A stretch of DNA of 64,000 nucleotides. Source: an uncultured virus (IMG/VR IMGVR_UViG_3300008117_000004). Taxonomy: Duplodnaviria; Heunggongvirae; Uroviricota; Caudoviricetes. The notes under the pieces were generated by a model. That model searched no databases and was not told the DNA's origin. It saw nothing but the letters and a program-made list of their open reading frames with translations. Every line of letters begins with the position of its first letter. The stretch's first letter is position 1. Both the position numbers and the translations under genes were made by a program. Shown piece by piece: positions 48,165-57,527 of this stretch. The stretch spans positions 1 to 64,000 of the IMG/VR virus record IMGVR_UViG_3300008117_000004; one strand, written 5' to 3'.

Positions 48165-49693
48165 TATAACAAATTATTTTTTATGAAAAGAACATTATCT
48201 TGTATATGAGCTCCTGTTTCTGGATGATTTATAGATTCAATAATAGAAACTTTAGTAAATCCTATATTATTCATGTATTCGATAACTTCTTCTGACAATG
48301 GAGAACCATCATTATATTGAGAATATGAAACTTCCATAATGATTCCCTTAGCTAAATTAACCAAATCTTTACCACCTTTTAAAATATCTAATTCAGAACC
48401 TTGTGTATCAATTTTAATTAAATCAAATGATTTATTTTCAAATAATGAGTCCAATGTTTTTGTTTGTTTTTTAACTGATAAAGAATTATTATAATACTGA
48501 GTATTTTCTTTATAGATTGAATTACCAGTTGCGTATGGATCATCAGTTCTCATCCAAAAGTCAACTTCTTTAACATCATCACTTAAAAGTACAATTGAAT
48601 AATCTTCACCAAACTCTTTTATTTTACTTTCACACATTGGATTACCTTCTACTAAATGATATTTAGCTTCAGGATAAATACTTTTACAATTTAAATAAAA
48701 TTGCCCAACGTTAGCACCAATATCAAGTATAGATTGTGGTGTAAAATAATTAGAAATTTGTTTCAGTGAATTATCATTTTGTTCTTTCCAACCAATTGAT
48801 TTGAAAAAGTTATTCCAATCTTTAATTCTTGTTTCCCAACTCCAGTTTTTAGAATAAACTTCTTGTTGAGTTTTTAGGTGTTCTACTAAATCACCAGATT
48901 TCATTTTTTCAATCTCTTCTGCTAAAACTTTAGCAAAAAATTGACCGTGTTGTTCTCTATCTTCAATATAAGAGTACATTCTAGCCCAACCTTCACAAGT
49001 TTCTGGAAGAGCACCAATTGATGATGTAACAACTCTTAAACCAGTTGCTAAAGCTTCAATAACAGCAACACAAGAAGTTTCTTCAAATGTTGACGGATAA
49101 GCTAGAATGTCAAATTCCGGTAATTCTTTTCTTAATTCATCATTCGGTATAGACCCTCTATAAACTACATTTGGCAATCTTTTACACCAATCATAAAGAA
49201 ATTCATACTGATTATCATTTTTAGAAAAATCAGTACCATAAATTTTACAAGAAGAAAAAACGTGTAATTCACAATCTTGTGGATTTAAGATCTCCCACGC
49301 TAAAAGCAAAACATCTAATCCTCTCCAAGGTGTTGATGTATAACAAATTTTTAATTTTTCTTTTTTTGTTATTTTTTTTGGAAAAACACCTAAGTGTGCA
49401 TTTTTTAAGACATGAGTTTTTTGACCAGGAACTTTGAAAATTTTTCTAAATTGTTCTGCTTGCCAATTACTCACAAAAATAAAATTATTAATTAAATTAA
49501 TATTTTGTTCATGTTGAAGAAATTGAACAGCTTCTTGGTCATAAGAAAGCTGATTCCAGTAAACCATATGTTTACTGGGATCAGCATTTGGAACATAATT
49601 AAATATGCTTATTTTATCTAATAATTCTTTGGGTACTCTTGATATCAACTCATTATACATCAATTCTGTACCACCTAATGGTTTCTCAAACAT
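48164..49693 (-). CDS. GT4-like glycosyltransferase fused to FkbM-family methyltransferase
   Basis: GGTEL, YTSTPWRGLDVLL, YPSTFEETSCVAVIEA; C-terminal ILDIGANVG..LIKIDTQGSELDIL. Confidence 0.85.
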   Translation of the reverse strand: MFEKPLGGTELMYNELISRVPKELLDKISIFNYVPNADPSKHMVYWNQLSYDQEAVQFLQHEQNINLINNFIFVSNWQAEQFRKIFKVPGQKTHVLKNAHLGVFPKKITKKEKLKICYTSTPWRGLDVLLLAWEILNPQDCELHVFSSCKIYGTDFSKNDNQYEFLYDWCKRLPNVVYRGSIPNDELRKELPEFDILAYPSTFEETSCVAVIEALATGLRVVTSSIGALPETCEGWARMYSYIEDREQHGQFFAKVLAEEIEKMKSGDLVEHLKTQQEVYSKNWSWETRIKDWNNFFKSIGWKEQNDNSLKQISNYFTPQSILDIGANVGQFYLNCKSIYPEAKYHLVEGNPMCESKIKEFGEDYSIVLLSDDVKEVDFWMRTDDPYATGNSIYKENTQYYNNSLSVKKQTKTLDSLFENKSFDLIKIDTQGSELDILKGGKDLVNLAKGIIMEVSYSQYNDGSPLSEEVIEYMNNIGFTKVSIIESINHPETGAHIQDNVLFIKNNLL

Positions 49694-49726
49694 ATTACTT
49701 ATATGTTGAGTAGTTTAAAATGTTTA

Positions 49727-49978
49727 TTAAACTGAAGCTGTTAATCCCAAAGTAGTTAAAACTAAGTTATTGATATAAGTATCATCAGTTCCCCAAGATG
49801 CGTAATCATCACCAGAAACTTCAACAAACTCAATACTAATTAATTTTGAACTCGCATCCAATAATTTAACAGGAAATCTAACTGATTGACCTAATTGAAT
49901 ATTTCCTTCTAAAATTTCAACTTGTGAAATTGTTTGAGTAGTTACTACTTCTTTGTTTTGTACATTAATAATTGACAT
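49727..49978 (-). CDS. Small hypothetical protein downstream of fibre gene
   Basis: DYASWGTDDTYI..LGLT C-terminus. Confidence 0.7.
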   Translation of the reverse strand: MSIINVQNKEVVTTQTISQVEILEGNIQLGQSVRFPVKLLDASSKLISIEFVEVSGDDYASWGTDDTYINNLVLTTLGLTASV

Positions 49979-50004
49979 AATTTATTTTTATTTTTTTTTA
50001 TTTA

Positions 50005-53000
50005 TTAAACTGCATAATAAGGTATCTTATAGTTAGTACCATTTATATTTGTACATATGTAACCAGCAATCGCACCAGCCGAAACAGCTGTGGCTAATGG
50101 ATAAAGTGATGAACCTAAAGCTAATTGACCATCTACACTTGGTTGAGCTCTCATACCAATTGCAATAGCACATGAGTAATTACCACTGATACCAGCACAC
50201 GTACCAATAAATGTATTAAACCTACCCGTTGTTTGATTTAGACCAGTACATTCACCAATAAATATGTTGTTACCACCGGTTGTATTATAGTAACCAGCCG
50301 CTCTACCCAAGAATGTGTTGTTTGCTCCAGTTGTATTACAATAACCAGCTGCATATCCAACAAATGTGTGAGCACAAGAGAATAAATTATTTTTACCAGC
50401 TTCACCACCAACAAATGTATTAAAATTAGCATCATTACAATTACAATATCCGGCATTGTTTCCAATAAATACGTTTCCACGACCACTTGTATTATTATAA
50501 CCAGAACTATTACCAATAAATGTATTACCTACACCAGTTGTGTTGGATAAACCAGAAAAAGCACCAACAAATGTGTTACCGGTTGTTGTATTTGCTCTAC
50601 CAGCAGCATATCCTACAAATGTATTATTACATCCGTCTGTATTAACACAACCAGTATTAACACCTACAAATGTATTATAATCACCAGTTTCACTAACAAA
50701 ACCAGAGCAATATCCGATAAATGTATTATAAATACCACTTGTATTACCATAACCAGATGATTCACCAATAAATGTATTACCTTGACCCGAAACATTTGAT
50801 GCACCCGATGCCCAACCTATATATGTGTTTGATATACCAGTTGTATTTTGCCATCCAGCATAAACACCAAAGAATGAGTTATAATTTCCAATTGTGTTAT
50901 ACTGTCCTGCTTGTACACCAACAATAGTATTTTCAAAACCAGTGGTATTTTCAAAACCAGCATTAGTACCTAAGAATGTATTTAATCTACCTGATGTATT
51001 TGAATAACCAGTACCAGAACCAATGAATGTATTTAATTCACCAGTTGTATTAACTGGACCTGTACAAGATCCTACAAATGTGTTATCAGTACCACAACCA
51101 CCATTATTTATCGCTGACTTACCAGAATGATATCCAATAAACGTATTATCAAGTCCATTAGCACAACATCCTGCACAAGTACCTATAAATGTATTTCTTC
51201 GACCAGTAGTATTACAATAACCAGCATCTGCTCCAATAAAAGTATTACATTCACCAGAAACATTATAGTAACCACTCGATTTACCAACAAATGTATTTTC
51301 ATGTCCAGTTGTATTACTGAAACCCGCTTGATTACCAACAAATGTATTATTTGAACCAGTTACGTTAGTAGAACCACTAAGATTACCAATGAATGTATTA
51401 TTTGAACCTGATGTGTTGGAAGATCCGGAGCAAAATCCAACGAATGTATTGGTACTAGTTTTGTTATTATAACCAGAGCAAACACCAATAAATGTATTTT
51501 GAGACGATTGGGTTCCACTGAAACCGGATAATTTTCCAATATATACATTACTAAAACCAATATTATTATCATAACCAGAGCAATTACCTATAAATATATT
51601 ATCAGAACCAGATGTAAAATACCCAGCTCTAACACCCATTGATATCGTATTTGACGCACCATTACTAGAAAAACCGGATAATGTACCAATATAGATATTT
51701 TCGCTAGTTGTTGTATTACTATAACCAGCACCTTGACCAATATAAGTATTACAAATTCCGACCGTATTAGAAACTCCAGCGTTAACGCCAATAAATGTAT
51801 TTCTTTCACCTGCTGTGTTACTACCACCAGTACAGTGTCCTATAAATACATTAGCAATCCCGGTTAAATTACACATACCTGATTGATATCCAATGAAAGT
51901 GTTGAAAGATCCTGTTGTGTTTTCACTCCCAGATTTATAACCGATAAATGAATTAGAAGATCCAATTGTATTTTTATTACCCGATAGATATCCAATAAAT
52001 GTATTACTGTTTATAATATTGGAATATCCTGAACAAAAACCTATAAATGTATTAAATGATGATTGTGTTCCCGAATAACCAGATCTAAATCCCAAATATG
52101 TATTATCACAGGAATAAAAACTTAAAAAACCAGATTGATGACCAAATATCACGTTGCATTTTTGTGAATTTGTTGCATTCTGTGAATTAGGATTTGGGTT
52201 AAAAGATCCACCGGTTTGATATCCTACAAATGTATTTAGACATGAATACTTATTACCACCCCCACTATAAGCACCTATAAATAAATTTGTTGATGATACA
52301 CCAGTACAAGCACCTGAACAAAATCCAATCATGACACTTGAAAATCCATATGAATCTGAGTATCCAGCAAAAGATCCAATATATGTATTTTGACCAATAC
52401 CATATGATATAGATCCACCAGACGCTGCACCTAGTGATGTGTTGTAAGAACTAGTGGCGTTTATTAACCCCCCACCTCCACCAGAAATATATCCAACTAA
52501 AGTATTGAATTGACCTTGTAATTCAGCACCAGTAAAAGCACCAATATAAGTGTTAGCTATTTGTACTGTGTTGCAATTAGCTGAGTAATTACCTATAAAT
52601 GTGTTATAACTACCAGTTGTGTTACTACAACCAGAATTACTACCAATGAATAAGTTATTATCACCAAAGGTATTACTACAACCTGACTTAGTACCAATAA
52701 ATATATTTTCAAAACCGGTTATATTATTAGAACCAGATAGAGATCCGATGAATATATTACTAAATCCGGTTGTGTTACCACAACCAGATTGATGTCCTAT
52801 AAATGTATTATCCAATCCGGTTGTGTTTATTGGACTACTATTGTTTATAAGAATTGAACCCCTAGTCGAATCCATCAATCCAAATTGACCCAATCCACCT
52901 AAACCATTATTAATCTGTATTTGATTTTGAACACCGGCTACTAATAAGGAGGTTCCTGAAGTACCAGAAGTACCTTTAACTCCAGATGTTCCGGATGTTC

Positions 53001-53640
53001 CTTGGCTACCAGATGTACCGGAAAATTGTATAGATATAGAACATAAGTATGATGAGTTTAAATTCCAATTACCGGATATAACACTAACACCAAAATCCCA
53101 ATAAGATCCAACATCAGTTTTTGATGTTACATATAATATCCCAAAGTTTGTTGTTGAGTTATCATTACCTCTTATAATTATATAATCGCCTACACCTATA
53201 CCAAATAAATAAGATGTTTGTATAACAGATAAATTATCAATCTCATTTATATAAATATTAGTAACATTTGAGAATGATGATGTTCTTATTAGTTTAAAAT
53301 TACTAACACCTGGATCAGCCATTGTACCAGATGAAATAAAGTTATAAAGAAGACCGGAAGAAGGCCCTTGTGATCCGGATGTACCGGATGTACCACGAGT
53401 ACCGGATGTACCTTGAATACCGGATGTACCGGATGTACCACGAGTACCGGATGTACCTTGAATACCGGATGTACCGGATGTACCACGAGTACCGGATGTA
53501 CCGGATGTACCCGTACCTGATATATCAGTTCTATATTTTAGAACACCATCAGCACCATATATTAATATTCGGTTATCTGTTGCTGTTTCGGAAGCTGTAC
53601 CAAGCGCTAGACCTTTTCTAGCAAAGAATTCATTACCCAT
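50005..53640 (-). CDS. Putative tail fibre/adhesin: GTS collagen-like segments plus long NTF(I/V)G beta-solenoid
   Basis: GTSGTS triplets; roughly 50 repeats of 16-17 aa NTFIGxxSGxxNTTG; C-terminal INGTNYKIPYY. Confidence 0.8.
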   Translation of the reverse strand: MGNEFFARKGLALGTASETATDNRILIYGADGVLKYRTDISGTGTSGTSGTRGTSGTSGIQGTSGTRGTSGTSGIQGTSGTRGTSGTSGSQGPSSGLLYNFISSGTMADPGVSNFKLIRTSSFSNVTNIYINEIDNLSVIQTSYLFGIGVGDYIIIRGNDNSTTNFGILYVTSKTDVGSYWDFGVSVISGNWNLNSSYLCSISIQFSGTSGSQGTSGTSGVKGTSGTSGTSLLVAGVQNQIQINNGLGGLGQFGLMDSTRGSILINNSSPINTTGLDNTFIGHQSGCGNTTGFSNIFIGSLSGSNNITGFENIFIGTKSGCSNTFGDNNLFIGSNSGCSNTTGSYNTFIGNYSANCNTVQIANTYIGAFTGAELQGQFNTLVGYISGGGGGLINATSSYNTSLGAASGGSISYGIGQNTYIGSFAGYSDSYGFSSVMIGFCSGACTGVSSTNLFIGAYSGGGNKYSCLNTFVGYQTGGSFNPNPNSQNATNSQKCNVIFGHQSGFLSFYSCDNTYLGFRSGYSGTQSSFNTFIGFCSGYSNIINSNTFIGYLSGNKNTIGSSNSFIGYKSGSENTTGSFNTFIGYQSGMCNLTGIANVFIGHCTGGSNTAGERNTFIGVNAGVSNTVGICNTYIGQGAGYSNTTTSENIYIGTLSGFSSNGASNTISMGVRAGYFTSGSDNIFIGNCSGYDNNIGFSNVYIGKLSGFSGTQSSQNTFIGVCSGYNNKTSTNTFVGFCSGSSNTSGSNNTFIGNLSGSTNVTGSNNTFVGNQAGFSNTTGHENTFVGKSSGYYNVSGECNTFIGADAGYCNTTGRRNTFIGTCAGCCANGLDNTFIGYHSGKSAINNGGCGTDNTFVGSCTGPVNTTGELNTFIGSGTGYSNTSGRLNTFLGTNAGFENTTGFENTIVGVQAGQYNTIGNYNSFFGVYAGWQNTTGISNTYIGWASGASNVSGQGNTFIGESSGYGNTSGIYNTFIGYCSGFVSETGDYNTFVGVNTGCVNTDGCNNTFVGYAAGRANTTTGNTFVGAFSGLSNTTGVGNTFIGNSSGYNNTSGRGNVFIGNNAGYCNCNDANFNTFVGGEAGKNNLFSCAHTFVGYAAGYCNTTGANNTFLGRAAGYYNTTGGNNIFIGECTGLNQTTGRFNTFIGTCAGISGNYSCAIAIGMRAQPSVDGQLALGSSLYPLATAVSAGAIAGYICTNINGTNYKIPYYAV
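53375..53518. repeat. Exact 45-nt tandem repeat encoding GTSGTRGTSGTSGIQ
   Basis: gtaccggatgtaccacgagtaccggatgtaccttgaataccggat-type units, about three copies. Confidence 0.85.
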
Positions 53641-53721
53641 TTACAATAACTCAATTTTTTCACTTTCCAAAATAAGTTAAAGTATATATTAAATTCATAA
53701 ACTTCTTTTATTCCAAAATGT

Positions 53722-56700
53722 TTAAATTGCTCTAATTATTGTTCTAATTTCCCAATTTGTCAATGATGAAATTCCTTGTAAAACTGCATTTGGTGTTGAT
53801 AATACAGCTGAGAATGTAAAAGCATTTACACCAGTTGTGGTATTACCTATATCCATAGTTGATGTTTCGGTGAATTGAATACTACTTCCTGTCCAAACCG
53901 CTACTATATTACCCGCTCTTAAATTAGTTCCATTTTTAATATAATATTCATAAAACATACTAGTATATGATGCTGTTGCGACAGAAAAGATATTTGTAGT
54001 ACCAACTCCTATAACAGTTCCTTTAGTAGCATATAAAGATGGTGTTAGACCTATTATAATTGTATCATTACCAGCTTGGAAAAAATTACCACTTGCATTA
54101 CCAACCGTGAATGTAGTTCCGTCATATTTTAAATACTGTTCTACTGTAGCATTTGGTTGAGTACCATTTAATGTAATAATACCATTATCGGTAGATCCAG
54201 TCAATAATAATAAACCACTTGTACCAGCAGATCCACCACCACTTGTACCGGATGTTCCACGTGTACCAGCAGATCCACCACCACTTGTACCGGATGTTCC
54301 ACGTGTACCAGCAGATCCACCACCACTTGTACCAGATGTTCCTTGATTTCCAGATGATCCAGAAGTACCATTTGTCCCAGCTGAGCCACTTAAGCCACTT
54401 GTTCCAGCAGAACCACTTGTTCCTGATGTACCATCACCAGTTTTAGAAAAGTTTAAAACAACAATATCAGTTGAGGCGAAATTCCAATTACCAGATGTAT
54501 ATGTAGTATCAACTGTCAATGAGTAGTAGTTAAATGGTGAACTAGTCTGTAAAGAAACATTTGATATATAAAAAACCGCTGAATTTGTAGAATCATTTGA
54601 GTTACCTCTAATAGTTAAATAACCAGTTGTCATAGAAGATAACCAAGCAGACTCATCTATTGAATTTAAATCAATAATACTTATTAATATAGTTCCAACT
54701 GTTGGTAGTGAGTTACTCAAAAGTCTCAAATTGGTTACGCCTGGATTTGAGTTTGTGGTGCTAGTAGCATAGTTATATTGAATACCAGCTGAATTACCTT
54801 GTGACCCAGATGATCCACTTGTTCCTGATGAACCTCTTGTTCCACTTGTTCCTTTTGTTCCAGATGTTCCTTGTGTTCCAGCAGATCCGTTTAAACCAGA
54901 TGTTCCGGATGTTCCTTGAGTCCCACTTGTTCCTTGAGTTCCAGATGTTCCTTGAGTTCCAGATGTTCCTTGAGTTCCAGATGTACCAGTAGATCCATGT
55001 AAACCAGAAGTTCCACTTGTTCCATTCTCACCACTTGTACCGGATGTACCTTGAGTTCCGGATGTTCCAGATGTTCCATTAGAACCTGATGTTCCAGATG
55101 TACCCTGACTACCACTTGTACCTGAAGTTCCAGCAGATCCATCTAAACCAGCTGGACCTTGAATTGAACCCATATCAACCCAACCTTCTGAGTTAGCCGC
55201 TGTTGAAGTTGGATCATAAATCCATAAACTAGCAGTATCTTGTACAATGTAAGTATCTAGAAATCCAGGTGTTGGTATTGTATTTACAGTACCAACACTT
55301 TGAGTTAATGACGAATATGAAGCCTCGACACCTTGAGGACTTAAAGTCTCTCCGGGAGCACCAGTTGTACCTGATGTTCCAGATGATCCTAAGGCTGAAG
55401 TACCTGATGTACCAGCAGATCCACCACCACTTGTACCTGATGTACCTTGTTCACCACTTGTACCTGATGTTCCAGATGTTCCGGATGACCCGGTAGCTCC
55501 CGTAGCTCCTGGGAAAGATGCCGTCCATGTACCAATTCCATTAGAATCTGATACTAAGAAGTATCCTTCAGTACCACCGTTTTTTAATTGAAATCCAAAA
55601 GTCGAAACGGTTCCAAATATTTCTAATTTGTTATTTGTTGATTGAGTACCAACACCAACATTTCCATTTGAATCAATTACAAATGTTGAGTTATTTGAAT
55701 TAACTATTAATGAATCACCTGATCCATTTTGAGTTATATTAATTAGTGTGTCAGTTGATGATGCTGAAGCATATATTAAATTACCAGATATATTAGACCC
55801 AGTTATACCCAATGTAGTACCATCAAAAGTTAAGTTTGAGTTTGCTATTGCTTGATTATTAGATGTACCAGTAGCTGTTAAAATTCTATAATCACCTGGA
55901 TTTTCGATAAAACTACCTACACCACCACCACCTAAATTAACTTGGAAATAAGTACCATCATAACTAACACTATAAACACCACCAACTTTTAAATCGTTAG
56001 GCTCAAGATTTACAACACCAGAAGTAGCAGCAATTTTTTTAAGTGTAACGTGTTCTAAATTGTTAACTGATAAAGAAGCCGTTCCAATTGAATTAGTTGC
56101 ACCAAAAGAAATAAGATAAATCATTTCTTTGTTATATGCGTCAAATAAAGGTGTAGATGTTGCTGAATAGCTTAAACCAGCATTTGATGTAGTAGCATCT
56201 AAATATCTTATTTGAGCTAATAATTCTTTAATCCAAGAACCAGTATTATAATCACCTTCATATCTATAAATAGAGTTGTCTTCATTATCAACTCTTATTG
56301 ATGTTCCATTAGTTGGTATAGTAAAAGACCAAGTTGCTGCTAATCCATCAAATTCGGCAATTTGATCTTCCATTCCGGTAAATATATCATTAGCAGTTGG
56401 TATAATTAAATATCTATCACCAGCAGTTGGACCACTCGGCACACTATTTGTTCTACCAAAAACAGATTTTAACCATTCATTACTTTGTTGAACTATATAA
56501 GAAAATGAACCACCAGTTGAAGAAGGATCAGGTTCTCCCATATATTCATCATAAGGCGCTCCACTTTGAAAGTAAATATTGTCTAATTTCCAATTATGAT
56601 TTGAATTTGGTGAACCACCAATTAATCTAAATGATATATTTTTAGCATTGGTAATTACCGAACCAAACTTAGACATAGGAACAACAATATGTTGCCATTG

Positions 56701-57510
56701 ATTAATAACATCTCTATCAACACCGTATGACATTAAGTTAATAACACTACTAGATGCAGTTCCAGTAAATTGAGAAGATGTACCTTGTATTTGAGCAACT
56801 AATGATCTATTACCAGGTACTCTTTCAGAAAATCTAACTCTTAAACTCAAAGAACCGTATGTTGAAAGTGGTATAGTTCCAATTGCTTTTGTAAACCTAA
56901 CACCTGTTCTATAATCAGATGTAACATCGACACAAAAGTCACCACCACCATCGAAAGGATTATCAGTACTCGTAAAACTTACTGTACCAGAATAAGTACC
57001 AGAAACTAAATAAGAGCTTGATTGCCATTGAGCATCTGTTAAATAAACAGGAACTTTACTTCCAATAGTTGTAGCAGATGCTGGTATATAAGCGTATTGT
57101 ATTAAAATCTCATCTTCATTTAGAGGGGTTTTAACTGGAGTTGCTGAGGGAACACCTCTTTTAACTCTAATTGTTCTATCCTCTGTAATTACTATTGAGT
57201 CAATTCTAGGATATGATGAATCACCATTACTAATTGTTAATCCGGGATAACTAGCAGAGTATGATAGTATTTCACCAGAAAAAGAATACCATATATCAGT
57301 TAAACTAAAAGTCATACCAGATGACCACTCAGCCCCACCACTTATCAATCTTTTAGTATTTTTAACTAGTGAATCTACATAATATTTATCAATTATTGAA
57401 TATTTAGAAAAAGTCCCACTATAATTATAGTTGTAGTTTAATGGTCCATTAAATGGATACCTTAAATATTCATCTGTTATATTTGTTCTTCCGTATCTTG
57501 ATTCTTGCAT
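53722..57510 (-). CDS. Putative tail fibre with DUF2793-like module and extensive Gly-Thr-Ser collagen-like repeats
   Basis: PTAGDRYLI..GMEDQIAEF..WSF.IP module; several (G-T-S/G-S-A/G-T-Q)n blocks; C-terminal RAGNIVAVW..TETSTMDIGNT. Confidence 0.8.
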   Translation of the reverse strand: MQESRYGRTNITDEYLRYPFNGPLNYNYNYSGTFSKYSIIDKYYVDSLVKNTKRLISGGAEWSSGMTFSLTDIWYSFSGEILSYSASYPGLTISNGDSSYPRIDSIVITEDRTIRVKRGVPSATPVKTPLNEDEILIQYAYIPASATTIGSKVPVYLTDAQWQSSSYLVSGTYSGTVSFTSTDNPFDGGGDFCVDVTSDYRTGVRFTKAIGTIPLSTYGSLSLRVRFSERVPGNRSLVAQIQGTSSQFTGTASSSVINLMSYGVDRDVINQWQHIVVPMSKFGSVITNAKNISFRLIGGSPNSNHNWKLDNIYFQSGAPYDEYMGEPDPSSTGGSFSYIVQQSNEWLKSVFGRTNSVPSGPTAGDRYLIIPTANDIFTGMEDQIAEFDGLAATWSFTIPTNGTSIRVDNEDNSIYRYEGDYNTGSWIKELLAQIRYLDATTSNAGLSYSATSTPLFDAYNKEMIYLISFGATNSIGTASLSVNNLEHVTLKKIAATSGVVNLEPNDLKVGGVYSVSYDGTYFQVNLGGGGVGSFIENPGDYRILTATGTSNNQAIANSNLTFDGTTLGITGSNISGNLIYASASSTDTLINITQNGSGDSLIVNSNNSTFVIDSNGNVGVGTQSTNNKLEIFGTVSTFGFQLKNGGTEGYFLVSDSNGIGTWTASFPGATGATGSSGTSGTSGTSGEQGTSGTSGGGSAGTSGTSALGSSGTSGTTGAPGETLSPQGVEASYSSLTQSVGTVNTIPTPGFLDTYIVQDTASLWIYDPTSTAANSEGWVDMGSIQGPAGLDGSAGTSGTSGSQGTSGTSGSNGTSGTSGTQGTSGTSGENGTSGTSGLHGSTGTSGTQGTSGTQGTSGTQGTSGTQGTSGTSGLNGSAGTQGTSGTKGTSGTRGSSGTSGSSGSQGNSAGIQYNYATSTTNSNPGVTNLRLLSNSLPTVGTILISIIDLNSIDESAWLSSMTTGYLTIRGNSNDSTNSAVFYISNVSLQTSSPFNYYSLTVDTTYTSGNWNFASTDIVVLNFSKTGDGTSGTSGSAGTSGLSGSAGTNGTSGSSGNQGTSGTSGGGSAGTRGTSGTSGGGSAGTRGTSGTSGGGSAGTSGLLLLTGSTDNGIITLNGTQPNATVEQYLKYDGTTFTVGNASGNFFQAGNDTIIIGLTPSLYATKGTVIGVGTTNIFSVATASYTSMFYEYYIKNGTNLRAGNIVAVWTGSSIQFTETSTMDIGNTTTGVNAFTFSAVLSTPNAVLQGISSLTNWEIRTIIRAI
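54215..54340. repeat. 42-nt tandem repeat encoding GTSGTSGGGSAGTR
   Basis: gtaccagcagatccaccaccacttgtacc recurs three times at 42-nt spacing. Confidence 0.85.
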
Positions 57511-57527
57511 CTCATATTAAAATCTTT

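Noticed and set aside
53375..54340. Tandem repeats as a CRISPR array
   Set aside because: No unique spacers; units are in-frame coding repeats; no cas genes.
53289..55496. Several short repetitive ORFs (MYRMYHEY.., VHPVHPV.., HLELKE..)
   Set aside because: Alternative-frame or antisense readings of GTS repeats.
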